Shown here: positions 52,286 to 64,000 of the stretch, piece after piece
How the letters are laid out: each line of letters begins with the position of its first letter
How positions within the stretch are numbered: position 1 is the stretch's first letter
Source of the DNA: Podarcis cretensis
Taxonomy: Eukaryota
Direction: 5' to 3'
DNA length: 64,000 nucleotides
NCBI GenBank assembly: GCA_951804945.1
Contig: OX638150.1
Coordinates: 93,868,001 to 93,932,000, forward strand
Made by a program: the position numbers and the translations under genes
The notes under the pieces: generated by a model
Told to the model about the DNA's origin: nothing
Seen by the model: only the letters and a program-made list of their open reading frames with translations
Database searches by the model: none

Positions 52286-53096
52286 ATAATGTCATTGACC
52301 ACTTTGATCCATTTCAATTATGTAAAACTATTAACTTGGAAAGCCCATTAAAGGCTCTATAAGAACTCTGTATATGACTTTAGAGATATAAAAGCACTCA
52401 GCTAAACCAGTAAATTGTTTGGGGAAGTTGGGCACAGTGCCTGCAAACTAAAAAGACCCTATTTGTAGCAAAATTGCTATTCGGCGAAGAGAAGAATTGA
52501 GTATCATATGACTAGAAACCTTAGGCACAGTTCCCCTTTTAGGAATATTTTTTTTGTTTTCTAAAATAAAAGGTGTGCTGCCCGGTTAAAGAAGCCAAGC
52601 AAATAGGAGCAGGAGCTAAAGCTATACGATATTCAGTGCTGAACTGATGGATGGGGTTGTAGCAATGAAGAAGCAGAAGAGAAAGTGGCAATTTGGGAAA
52701 GCTGCAACAATTGCAGAGAGTAAATGTGTAATTTATCTCTCTGTTAGTCAATAAAGGTGAATTAATGGGAAGATGAGAACCGAGATTGCACATGTGTGAC
52801 AATAGGATCAGAATATAGTCCATGGCAATCTTGTATGGGTGCTATTGCAAAATGGCAGGCAGCAAGTAAATAATGATATATATTGGGATCTGCTTCTCTT
52901 GCCAGTGGTAGCAAGGTTTAGAGTCTCAGAGGACTCCAGGAAAAGATGGTCTAATATATGCTGCAAATTTAGACATCAGTGTGTACTCTGATATGATTCA
53001 GGTAGGTAGCCGTGTTGGTCTGACGCAGTCAAAATATATAGAAAAATGAAAAAAAATTGTCCAGTGGCACCTTAGAGACCAACTAAGTTTGTTCTT

Positions 53097-53135
53097 GGTA
53101 TAAGCTTTCATGTGCATGCACACTCCTTCAGATAC
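53097..53135 (-). ncRNA. Minimal type-I hammerhead ribozyme motif (degenerate)
   Basis: GUAU-CUGAAGG-A-GUGUG-CAUG-CACAU-GAAA-GCUU-AUAC; one substitution relative to the CUGANGA core. Confidence 0.65.
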
Positions 53136-53959
53136 ATGAAAGCTTCTACCAAGAACAAACTTAGTTGGTCTCTAAGGTGCCACTGGACAATTTTTTATAT
53201 ATTTTTAATATATTTTGACTGCGTCAGACCAACACAGCTACCTACCTGAATCTAGAACCACAGAAGGTACCACATTGAGCCGCATGAAATGGAAGTCCAT
53301 CAACCTCACAAGAAACTTGCACAGGTACAGACTGATATCTCCTTTCTGACTTAATGCAAGAACCTAAGGGTCTCAGAATTAAGAACCCTCTACAATCCAC
53401 CTATCCTACTGAATATGCAAAGAAACTATGCCACTCTTTCTCCAAGAAGCTGCTCAAACATCTTATCAGTGTTCTGTACTCTAAACAGAAGCAAATAAAG
53501 GGGGAACTCTCTGTACTGGACAACTCTACGAGAAATCACCCAGCTTGGCAAGAATTCCACAAGGAAAGACAAACCATTTACCACTCTCAACTGGAGTTGC
53601 TGAAAAAACAGAATAACAAAAAACTCTAACCTTTCCAACTTACAGGCTACGAATCAAAACAACAAGATCAACAATATTGTCAATCCCTCACAGCAAACAC
53701 TCAGCCCAGCTGAGGAATCAGTCCTTTCACGTGGACTATCATTCTGCCCTGCCAAATCCCCACACGATTCAGTTCTGTGGGGACTTGGAAGCATTTTTCC
53801 GCCATCTACACCTGAAGGAGTACTTTCAACACACACAAGAACAAGACAAAGAACAACAAACAGCATCTTCACAACACAACATCTCTCAACCTACTGGGGA
53901 ACAGCTACCATCCTCCCAACCCACAAATGAACAGAACACTGACCACCAACTGCCATCTT

Positions 53960-53994
53960 CTGAAGAAGTGTGCATGCACACAAAAGCTTATACC
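53960..53994 (+). ncRNA. Minimal hammerhead ribozyme motif (degenerate)
   Basis: CUGAAGA-A-GUGUG-CAUG-CACAC-AAAA-GCUU-AUAC; GAAA changed to AAAA at a CpG. Confidence 0.65.
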
Positions 53995-55231
53995 AAGAAT
54001 AAACTTAGTTGGTCTCTAAGGTGCCACTGGACAATTATTTTTATTTTTATTTTGCTCTGATATGAACAGGGAGCTCCTCCCTTCCCCTTCCAGGCAGCAC
54101 AGTGAGTATGGTTCTTATATGTTTTTTTATTCCTATAGTGACTATAAGAAGTAATGTCTCTTGGACGAGGTGACTGGCTAATGACGATTTGAGCCAATTT
54201 CCACACAGTACTAATCCAAAATGCCACATGCTGACTCTCATTTATTACAATGGGAAGAGCTGTGGAACAAGGCAGGCCAGGTTCCTTTATTGAAATGAAT
54301 GGGGAAGGCCATGAAATGGCAGAATCATTCTACAGGAGCTCCCAAGCATCTTAGCAAATTGCTTGATCAGAGCTGATAATGAGACGGTGTCATACCACCA
54401 GGTTTTTCTTCACTTACGAAAGGTCAGGTTAAAGCCATCTATATTTTAGAAGAATTTTTTTTATTAAAAAAAAATGCCTAGAGTGGAATGGCAGTTAGTG
54501 GAATTTCTCCTGAGAAAACACCTGAACAGGTCGTGTCACTATCATAATCACTTCAGGAAACAGAGCAGTCAGCAGCATTTCTCTCCCTAGTGATAATTTA
54601 AAATTGAAATGCCATCTTGGTTTTATCTTCTGTGTCTTGCAGTGTAATGATGTGGGGAGAATGCCTCCCCTCCAGACGTTTTGGAAGGTAACTGAAATTC
54701 CTTTATCCTCCATGCAACACTGAAATGCTACTTCTCTCACTTTGGAAACTACAGGAGCATAAACGGCAGCATAAAACCTTATATGCATGGCCTCATTTAA
54801 AAATTTCATTCATTGCCGTCAGTTATATGACTAATGTAAAAAGCATAGGAGATCAATCACTTGTGTAGCAGATTATGAGTTTTGTAAATTTCTCCTCTTT
54901 TGCCAATGTGGAGGATGTGCTTGAGGGCAGAAGACTGTCTGCCATTTGTTAGCCATTGGCAGGAACCGATGGGTTGTATCCAATGGCTTTGCACTGGTGG
55001 GAAATGCTGGTGCACGATGGAGTGTCCCATTTTCTCTAGCCCCCTCCCAGACTATTGCAGCCCCCTGCCCTCAGGGGCAGCTTTTGGGGAGGCTGAAGGG
55101 ACTTGCACAGCAGTGATTCTGGCAACTTCACTGTGCAATTTTCAGCAAATGCTGAAGATGTACCTCTTTACTCTGGCTTTTGACACTCAAGTTGTTTATT
55201 TTCAAGACCCACCCTATATTTTGTGGTTAGG

Positions 55232-55609
55232 CTGTATTGGCCTGAATATAAGCCCCACTCCCCCCCCCCCAATTCCAGCCATTAAAAGTTAAAGTGTGAC
55301 TTATATTCACGACCTTAGGGTATGCAGCCAGGAGTGCAGGGCAAACAGTGCCAGGAGCACAACAAAGCAGCGCCTGCCCTAAGCATAGTCCTCCGTCCTC
55401 TCCCCCAAGGCTGGGAAGAGAGAGAGCGAGGAAGGTGAAAGTCTGCCAGAAATGCAGTGTGGCTCCCCCTGCCACCCAGTATGCAGCCAGGAGCAGTGAG
55501 GAATAGAGTGGCTTATATTTGGGTACTTTTTTCTTTTTTTTCTCACCCACCCCCCAATTTTAAAGGTGCAGCTTATATTCCGGTGTGGCTTATATTCAAG
55601 CCAATGCAG
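55232..55609. mobile_element. Second pogo/Tigger-like MITE family
   Basis: TIRs CTGTATTGGCCTGAATATAAGCC / GGCTTATATTCAAGCCAATGCAG, followed by TA; internal repeats of CTTATATT. Confidence 0.75.
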
Positions 55610-55645
55610 TAATAATCTAGTTTTTGTGAAATAATAATAATAATA

Positions 55646-55682
<37 letters not shown>

Positions 55683-55683
<1 letters not shown>

Positions 55684-56281
55684 AGTGGTACCTCAGGTTA
55701 CATACGCTTCAGGTTACAGACTCCACTAACCCAGAAATAGTGCTTCAGGTTAAGAACTTTGCTTCAGGATGAGAACAGAAATCGTGCTCCAGCGGCGCAG
55801 CAGCAACAGGAGGCCCCATTAGCTAAAGTGGTGCTTCAGGTTAAGAACAGTTTCAGGTTAAGTACAGACCTCTGGAATGAATTAAGTACTTAACCCGAGG
55901 TAGGTAAAGGTAAAGGTACCCCTGCCCGTACGGGCCAGTCTTGACAGACTCTGGGGTTGTGCGCCCATCTCACTTAAGAGGCCAGGGGCCAGCGCTGTCC
56001 GGAGACACTTCCGGGTCACGTGGCCAGCGTGACATCGCTGCTCTGGCGAGCCGGAGCCGCACACGGAAACGCCGTTTACCTTCCCGCTGGTAAGCGGTCC
56101 CTATTTATCTACTTGCACCCGGAGGTGCTTTCAAACTGCTAGGTTGGCAGGCGCTGGGACCGAGCAGCGGGAGCGCACCCCGCCGCAGGGATTCGAACCG
56201 CCGACCTTTCGATCGGCAAGTCCTAGGCGCTGAGGCTTTAACCCACAGCGCCACCTGCGTCCTTAACCCGAGGTACCACTG
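55683..56281. mobile_element. Tc1/pogo-type MITE in an (AAT)/(TAT) tract, interrupted by a Sauria SINE
   Basis: Both TIRs present. Confidence 0.9.
55903..56261 (-). mobile_element. Young Sauria SINE (CpG-rich subfamily)
   Basis: Perfect 14-bp TSD CTTAACCCGAGGTA at 55889-55902 and 56262-56275. Confidence 0.93.
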
Positions 56282-58258
56282 CATTATTATTATTATCTCC
56301 TAGCTCAAAGCAACCATTGGATAGAATTCTATGAATATTAGAACTTTACACTTAGACAGTGCCTAGCCCAACCCTCAGCACTTGGTAAATAAATAAACTG
56401 GGTCCATCCCCATTCTGACAATGCAAGCCAGTTGCAAGAATTTTAGAAGGTCCTGCTATGTCTATTCTGAAAGCCAAAATGATGCAGCAGCAGCTCTGAG
56501 ATCCTGGGTACACATCCAAGTTTAGCTAAGTTTGTGTGTCAATATCTCTCAGCATTATAGCTCGTATTCAAAAGCACCACTGTTTAATCATGTCCAGGTG
56601 CATGATGCAGAGAAGGCATGTGGAGGATTCCTTTGCCACAAACAGAGCTGGGCTCTGCCTGGGTTGAGGGGGTGAGCATCAGCTCACCATCTGAAGGGTC
56701 CTCCAAAGTCTGGTGCTAGCCCTGCTTAAAATATACTAGTCCCAGTTGTGTCATAGGTAGCAAGCAACACCTGGGTTTGGGAGTTAGCAAGAATTAAACA
56801 AGGCCAGAGTGATATTGTCAATGTAATGAGTACCAGAAATCATTCTAGCCACTCCATTTGGCAACAGTTCAAGGGCTCTCCAGTTTTTTAAACTGATTTT
56901 AATGTTGTACTTGCACCCCACCCTGGGACTTCATGGGCAAGAAATCCAATATAAAGCAATGTAGAAAAGATTACAGAAATCTAGACTTTGTGACTAAGGC
57001 ATATGTCACAGTGACTGGACCTGATTTCTCTTTTCCTATGGCCATATATTAAGCAACTGTCCTGCTGTCTAGACCATAACTCTTAAAATGTACCTAGCAT
57101 TGTACTTCCCTTGTGCTGCTTTCTTCTTTGACAATTGATTTCCCAGTGCAATACAAAATGCACTGTACAGAATCGTTCAAATGTAAACATGAAGAATCAC
57201 ATGCCAATGTTTTCGTCACATAACTTCACTTTAATATGTGTGTGCTTTCCTTTTCACGCAGTACATCTGTAAATTCTGTGTGCCAGGGCCAGCTATAGAA
57301 AATTGGCTATCTTTCCAATGGGGTTGTGCTCTCAGTTAGTCGTTTATGATGCAGGGCATGGGACTCAGCAGTTCGGCACCAATTAACAGCCCACCTTTTA
57401 ATATATCTGCATTCCAAATCCGCCAAGTTGATAATTACAATAATTAACTCCCAGAGCTCTTCATGCACTTTTGAACACAAATTTGGCACTTTCATCAGCG
57501 TGGCTAAAAAGAAAATTCACAGACCAGATGTGGTTCATTTGAAATATGACCATCAGTAACAACCTCAGGGTTACTAAGTCTGCACTCATTTGAGAAATAT
57601 TCCATAAAAACCTGGATAGGCCTAAGAGGAATTCACCATCTACATGACGCTTTTGCAGATACTAAGGGCGTGTGAGAACCGAGATTGAAAAGCTGGGAAA
57701 GGGATAGACATCTCCTTCTCAGTTCCCCAGCCCCTCCATGTTTAATGGTTTTAGTATTAGATTCTGAAAGGAATGGATGTAGTTTGGCAATGTAGCAAAG
57801 GAAGTTGCTGAAGCGATTTCAAACAACAAGGAAAGGGAAGGGGGAGTTGAATATATATGACACATTATATTAAATTACACTGTTACAGTATGTGGGGTTC
57901 CCCCCCCCAGCTTCCATCATTTTGTAGTATGTCTTCACACAGTATGAAGAATAGTCTGATCACTCAATAACGATGGTAAGATATCTGCAAATTGCTATTT
58001 TACTTTTCTTCACATTGTTTTGAAAATTGGAGAAACATTCCATCCACTGGGGGTCGGGAAAAATCAGTTATTGCTGTTCAGCATAAGGCACAAACTATTA
58101 TGGTTCACTTAGCTATTCATATACATTATAGTGCACTCTGTGTGCTCCATCAAACAGATGGCACACCCTCTTGTTTTTAAGACACTCTCAGCTTTTTTTA
58201 CTATTCAATCTGTCTCTGACTGGGTTGAAGAATATTGTAGAAACTAGATTCTGGCCAT

Positions 58259-58448
58259 GGGGACGGCAACAACTCAGTGGTGGAGAGTGAGCCTTGCATG
58301 TAGAAATCCCCAAGTTCAATCTCAGCATCTCCAGTAGGGTTGGGAGACCATGCCTAAAACCCTGGAAAGCCACTGTCAGTCAGTGTAGACAACAATAAGC
58401 TACACGGACCAATACTCTGACTTGGCATAAAGCAACTTGCTGTGTTTC
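58259..58448 (+). mobile_element. tRNA-derived SINE with CR1-like tail
   Basis: CTCAGTGGTGGAG head, GTTCAATC B-box, CAGTCAGTGTAGACAA...GGACCAAT. Confidence 0.7.
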
Positions 58449-59458
58449 CAATGGTGATTTTCTTATGCTGGGAAGTCTAAGCCTGGTTCTTGAGCTAGAG
58501 ATTGCTTGTCTGCAATTAATATTTACTTGGGACCTTAAATGAAGGAAAAGCCATTGAGTGTTCAACATTGACTTGTCGAGTTAATTAAAGACCTCAGTTG
58601 ATTGACTGTAAAAAGCATTTACAGCTATGGGGATAGAGCATGAAATTGAGGAGGACTGAAGTAGTTAGGCTGGTTGAGGAAGAATGCAGGATCCCCCCCC
58701 CCCTCACTTTTAGACAAAGCAGCCATAGGTTATATTCTTGGGTGATAGTGAAGTCCAGAGAAATGCCCCATGAAAAGGCAAGCACACAATACATAATAGC
58801 ACTCTAGTGGGGAAACAGGTGTGGGCCTATCTCTCAGGAGCCTAGAAGTTTCCTAACTTAAAAACAACAGTTTGAAAAAAGCATACACATAAATTATTCT
58901 TGTACATCTAATTTGAGTCTACAGAACTTGAAGTACACTTATCGCTTGGTCCTAAATATGCTGAATGGAAAATGAGTCCCAACAAGTTTAATGAAAGTTC
59001 CTTCTAACTAAGTGCTTCTGACATATTCACATCTGAAGTGAATATTAAAAATGAATGGCACCTTGCCCCTACTAATTTTTAATGACACACAGATGTAAAA
59101 GACAGGTAGAATACAGGGCTGGACCTGCCATTAGGCAGAGTGGGGTGGCCACCTCAGGCAGCTGATTTTGTGTATTAAGGAAAGACAACAAGTTGATAAT
59201 TGTTTATTATTATTGTATATTTCCTCCCAATAAGAGTAGCTTGCCTCTCCCAGGGACACAAGGCCTCTGACAGCAAAATGTCTTTGACAAGTCCTAGTAG
59301 AATAGCAACCATTATGGAATCATCTGCCATCTGCCATATACTACTTGCTTTATGGTAAGACTATGTTACAGCTCCCAGATGGCACCTCATATTTAGCACA
59401 GTATTTAACAGAGAATAGACTCTCCAAAGAGAGGACAACCATTTTGTAACTAGTGTTA

Positions 59459-59802
59459 GGTAAAGGTAAAGGGACCCCTGACCCAGTCGCAGACGACTCT
59501 AAGGTTGCGGCGCTCATCATCCTTTACTGGCTGAGGGAGCCGGCATACAGCTTCCGGGTCATGTGGCCAGCATGACTAAGCCGCTTCTGGTGAACCAGAG
59601 CAGCGCACAGAAATGCTGTTTACCTTCCCGCCAGAGCAGTACCTATTTATCTACTTGCACTGGTGTGCTTTTGAACTGCTAGGTTGGCAGGAGCTGGGAC
59701 AGAACAACGGGAGCTCACCCCGTTGCGGGGATTCAAACTGCTGACCTTCTGATCGGCAAGCCCTAGGCTCAGTGATTTAACCCACAGTGCCACCCGCGTC
59801 CC
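59459..59802 (-). mobile_element. Sauria SINE, full length
   Basis: Perfect 14-bp TSD TGTAACTAGTGTTA at 59445-59458 and 59803-59816. Confidence 0.93.
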
Positions 59803-61048
59803 TGTAACTAGTGTTAATGGTATCCTATTCTTGGGGATAGGTTTTGGGAGACTCCCCCTTTGCCATTGTTACCTTGTTGTCTGCTGTGGAAAACTACACG
59901 CTCAGCCTGTTCTTGCTGACATTCTTAAATGTTTGACTGAGATAGTAGTCTAAAACCCCAGAGCTCTTCATACAGGCTTGGGGAAAGCAAGAAGGTAGCT
60001 AGAGGGTGACATCACCATTTCCAGTTTGGGGAGAGACAGTGTGACTTGTAAAAGAGCCACATAAGAGATACATTTATCCCAAATGGGACAATACGCCAAC
60101 AGCACAAATAGATTCCTGTGTAACTCAAGCAAAATCGGCCGGTTTCAAGGTGGGTGAAACAGCTGACTCATGGCCTTTGACAATTTGTTACACCCTAGTT
60201 ACAGCACAGCCTATACAGGAATTAAATAGTTCAACATCCAGCCAGTAGCAGTGTTAATAAAGTTAGTTGGAAATAAAGGTTCTTAGAAGTCCAAGTTGTA
60301 AAAGGCAAATAATCACCCCAGCTATCCCAAGTTAGCAATTATGTCTATTGTTATTAATTTTCAAAGAAATCAAACCAAATGATTCATTATCTCAATTCCT
60401 TAGCCAGGACTCACTGATCCTCTCTCCCTATTGTGTCTAATTCTCTGTAATATCTGACTTCAGTATAAAGATGAAGATTTAGTGCATTAGTGATATAGAA
60501 TCATTATAAACAACCTCATTTATTGGCTTCAGTGCTTAATGGATTGGATGCTTTATATTACTTTATTGAAACAAATTATTCATTTTGAATGAATGAAAAG
60601 ATGCTACGCTATAGAAGTGGCAATGGCTGGGCCAGAAACATAAATAAATACACTTTCCAAAGCAGGTTTATTTCAGCTTGGGATTTGACTTGCCTTCATT
60701 TAAGGCTTTGAAATAAATTTATCCATTTGATGTAATGTTTGTTGAGCCTAGTCTTGACAACGAGTTATTTTGACAGATGAATCCTTGGAGATTAAAATAA
60801 ATGTCTACAGTTTCATTTTAGATGTTATGGATGCTGTTATGGCTTTTTAAAAAGCAGAGTGATGGGGTTTCTTGAATTTGCATCCATTCAACAGTGAGGA
60901 CCCCATGCAATACTGTGGGAGTAATATTATGGGGTTAAGATAATCTAATCTGTAAAGTGATTGTGGAAGACATATAAACTTAAAACTTCTCAATGAGAAT
61001 CAGGTGCAATGAACTTAGTCTGAAACTGACCTAATTTCAATATTAAAA

Positions 61049-61330
61049 CCATAAATCCCTCCTTGATCAGACCAAAGGCCCGTAGAATCCAATATCCTGT
61101 TCTCACAATGGTCAACATATGAGAAGCCCCCAGGGACATGAGAGCCACAACACCTCTCCCCTCATGGTTCTAGCAACTGGCATTCAGAGGCACAGTACTT
61201 TTGATGGGGGGTAAAATGTAGCTATTTCTGACGAGTAAGCATTGATAGCCAAAATTCTCCATGAATTTAGTTCATCCTTTTTTGAAGTCACCCAGTTGGC
61301 CACCCAGCTACATCTCATGGTATTCAGTCA
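61049..61330 (-). mobile_element. Old CR1-type LINE 3' end
   Basis: GATCAGACCAAAGGCCC...TCCAATATCCTGTT terminal motif. Confidence 0.6.
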
Positions 61331-61377
61331 GAAACTGTTGGAAAAGGGTGAGAGTGTTTCTACAGTAGAAAAGTACA

Positions 61378-61703
61378 TTGCAGGCCCAGGCCGCACACTG
61401 CCCCACCCCCATCCCTCTGCTCAGGTGAGCTACCAATAAAGAAGACCACACAACTGAATGGGATCAAATCAAGCCACAACGTTATTGACTACAAATGAAG
61501 TGGTTTGGCATAGGCATTGGGTAAGCATTTATTTCCAGGCTGCCTGCCAGAAATGACATCAGGGTCAACCCGGTAAGTCCTATCACTTACATCAAATAGG
61601 GGGGTTGCCACAGGGATTCCCACCTCTAGGAGCACTGAGGCCCAAGCCCCCCATCTGGGCAAATGGACAGAAGCAACTCCATCACAGTTCCCTTTAATGC
61701 GAC
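61378..61703 (-). mobile_element. Diverged relative of the 31648-32457 repeat, cut by the Copia insertion
   Basis: The minus strand has CCAATGCCTATGCCAA...TCAATAACGTTGTGGC and TTAAAGG...TTCTGTCC blocks. Confidence 0.65.
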
Positions 61704-62028
61704 TGTTGGTTTCTGCTCTCTTCACTGTGCAGCGAAGTGCTTGTCACGAGGCAATGTTTACATTCCAGTCAGAGTTGCTGTTGGAGTTTCTCATGGGAAA
61801 GGAGACTGGATGTGACGTACACTGGTTTCCTGTTTTTCACACAGTGTTTCTCTCCGTGCTTCAGAGGAGAGAGGATGCTTTCTCTGCTCCGGCAGAGGCA
61901 AGATGTTTTTCTGTAATTTACCAGCTTTGAAGTGTAAATAAAGTAATATAGAGTATGTGGCACGTACTCCTCATCATTCCGTTGTGCTTGGGACACTGCA
62001 AAATCAACATTCCGGGTTATGGGCCCAG
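61704..62028 (+). mobile_element. Copia 5' LTR (61704 to about 62009) and primer-binding site
   Basis: TGTTG...CAACA, internal AATAAA; GGTTATGGGCCCAG at 62015-62028 is typical of Copia PBS. Confidence 0.8.
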
Positions 62029-62434
62029 AACAACGCAGTCAAAGTGACGGATGGACTTCGGAGTGCCGGCAAAGAATGCAAAGGAAAGCAGAGGGACGGA
62101 TCGGACGATATCTCTGCGCGTCAGGATGATTGATGAGAGGTATGTTGCTCATGCTCCGGGCAGCCTGCCAGCTTCTAATTAATGGCTTTATGGCTGGACT
62201 CTGAACTTTTATGGCCATTTTGCCGGGCACAGGCAAAGGCGGAACAAGCTCCTATGCTGGGGAAACCGAAAGTAACTTTTAAAAGTGCTTTTGGAATAAA
62301 GCAGCTGCAGAAAACAGTGACGCAGCTTGATTTAAGGCAGCAGAGAGAAAGCACTTTTGAACTTGCCTTTGGAATGAGGTTTGAAGCAGCAGAGACGCAG
62401 CTTGTATAAAGCGGCTTGATTTAAGGCAGCAGAG

Positions 62435-64000
62435 ATGATGCAGAAGGCTAATGCCAGAGTCATGATGGCTATCTGCAGAAGGCTGGCTGATGCAAATGGG
62501 GAATCTGATGCCAATCAGCCACATGCTCAGCTCAGAGTAGCCTGTGATACTGCCATGATTCAGAATGAAGCAGACCGCCAGGGTGATAGCTGCATGGGTA
62601 AGGGGGAGTCTTCACAGACGTCATCCCAGAGTGCAGTGGAACCACCAGATGGCACCAAAGCTTTGAAGGCAGTGAAATGCTACTTGTGTGGACGTCTAGG
62701 CCATATGAAGAGGGAATGCAGATATCCCAGGGCCAAGACAGAGCAGCGCAGCGAAAGCTCATCGCGTGGAAAAGGCCAGAGCAAAGGCAAAGGTCCGGTG
62801 TCCAGGACAACGCAGCACAAGGCAATGGTCTCACGCTTCACTCCAAAAGTTGCAGAGGTCCAGAAGACGTCTAGATCTTTCTTCGTTGTTGATTCAGCAG
62901 CTACGCACCACATGTGCAACAATAAGCGACTGTTCGTGTCTTTTACACCGCAGGAAGGTGCGATTCACCAGGCGGATGACCACACAATCCCCAGTAAAGG
63001 CTACGGAACTGTTGTTCTTCACAGTTTGGACTTATCGATACAGAATGTACTTTATGTGCCAGATGCAAAACATAATCTGCTCAGCGTTGGACAGCTGAAT
63101 GAGCGGAACATTGACGTTTCCTTTAAGAACAAAAGGTGCATCATCACAAAGAAAAATGATTATGTATTGCATGCTGAATATGTTGATCGTTTGTATGTTT
63201 TATATTATGATGATGTTGTGCAGGATGACACTTGTTACATTGCAGGTTCTAACAAAAGTTTGCATGCAGAATGTATTCATGATTTTCATCGAAAATTTGG
63301 TCATTTGAATTTTGAGGCAGTATCTAAAATGCCTGCCTTGGTTGAAGGTATGACTATTAAACCCTGCAGGTACCACATGACGTGCAAGGCATGCGCAGCA
63401 AACAAGGTGAAAATGGCTGCGAAAGGTAAGGTGTCTAGTAGGCAAGCTACAGAACCATACCAAATTGTTCATGCTGATTTGGTTGGACCACTAGCGCCCT
63501 CTTTGGGTGGAAACAGGTACTTCATGGTTCTCATTGATGCATTTTCCAGGTATATTTATGTGTACAATCTCAAGCAGAAATCAGAGGCTTTTCCAAGGTT
63601 CAAGGAATTCTGTGCTTGGTTGGAAAATGTGCATGGTAAGAAGATAAAAATTATTTTCACTGATCGCGGGGGGGAATTCACTTCTCAGCAGTTTGAAGCT
63701 TTTCTGACTGAGAAAGGAATTCAACACGATTTGTCTAGTCCTCGCTCGCCATGGCAGAATGGACTTTGCGAGACGGCAAATCAAACATTGCTTCAAGGGT
63801 TAAAAACCTTGCTGCATGATGCCAATCTTCCAGAGAGTTATTGGGCCGAATCTCTCTCGTGTTTTATTTACAGTTATAATCGCAGGTTATCTTCAGCGAT
63901 TGGTTGTACCCCCTATGAGAAGATGTTTGGCAAAAAGCCATACATCAAACACATGAAAATTTTTGGTTCTGACATGTGGGTTCACTCACCACAAAACTCC
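62435..64000 (+). CDS. Ty1/Copia gag(NC)-protease-integrase polyprotein, open to the window end
   Basis: Hand translation gives 522 codons with no stop: CYLCGRLGHMKREC knuckle, VVDSAATHHMC protease, NVLYVP..NLLSV, HRKFGH..CKAC, VHADLVGP, TDRGGEF, PWQNGLCE. Confidence 0.93.
   Translation, partial: MMQKANARVMMAICRRLADANGESDANQPHAQLRVACDTAMIQNEADRQGDSCMGKGESSQTSSQSAVEPPDGTKALKAVKCYLCGRLGHMKRECRYPRAKTEQRSESSSRGKGQSKGKGPVSRTTQHKAMVSRFTPKVAEVQKTSRSFFVVDSAATHHMCNNKRLFVSFTPQEGAIHQADDHTIPSKGYGTVVLHSLDLSIQNVLYVPDAKHNLLSVGQLNERNIDVSFKNKRCIITKKNDYVLHAEYVDRLYVLYYDDVVQDDTCYIAGSNKSLHAECIHDFHRKFGHLNFEAVSKMPALVEGMTIKPCRYHMTCKACAANKVKMAAKGKVSSRQATEPYQIVHADLVGPLAPSLGGNRYFMVLIDAFSRYIYVYNLKQKSEAFPRFKEFCAWLENVHGKKIKIIFTDRGGEFTSQQFEAFLTEKGIQHDLSSPRSPWQNGLCETANQTLLQGLKTLLHDANLPESYWAESLSCFIYSYNRRLSSAIGCTPYEKMFGKKPYIKHMKIFGSDMWVHSPQNS

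Larger units (their letters stand above)
52995..54056 (+). mobile_element. Penelope-like element, internally deleted, with inverted 5' terminal repeat
   Basis: Inverted arms 52995-53112 / 53135-53252; frameshifted N-terminal ORF (NIVN..LSPAEESVLSRGLSFCP..DLEAFFRHLHLKEYF); direct terminal repeat 53960-54056; no RT or GIY-YIG. Confidence 0.85.

Noticed and set aside
61336-62009. Longer 674-bp Copia LTR starting at TGTTGG 61336
   Set aside because: 61378-61703 is homologous to the 31648-32457 repeat; the TGTTGG at 61704 is the better LTR start.

Overview
64 kb of non-genic (intronic or intergenic) vertebrate DNA. The repeat content (several Sauria SINE copies, a BovB/RTE fragment, MIR-derived tRNA SINEs, L2, CR1, L1, Penelope-like elements, and Tc1/pogo- and hAT-type MITEs) points to a squamate, probably a lacertid lizard (inference). 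I found no convincing host coding exon. Almost all ORFs in the supplied track are spurious or transposon-derived. Recognisable coding sequence is limited to an intronless, frameshifted ANKRD40 fragment, LINE and Penelope remnants, a 190-aa orphan ORF inside a 2.15-kb L1-mobilised element, and a 522-codon open Copia-type ORF (62435 to the window end) that the ORF track missed because it has no stop inside the window. The most interesting structures are: (1) a TSD-bounded chimera of a LINE-like tail and an oppositely oriented ANKRD40 mRNA fragment; (2) the short, complete L1-dependent element with its orphan ORF; (3) a TSD-bounded fold-back insertion of unknown origin; (4) an internally deleted Penelope-like element carrying minimal hammerhead ribozyme motifs; (5) a Copia element with an open pol but no capsid domain. 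Repeat-free stretches with homeobox/PBX/MEIS motifs may be conserved enhancers; this is not verifiable here. All family assignments are by eye, with no database searches.
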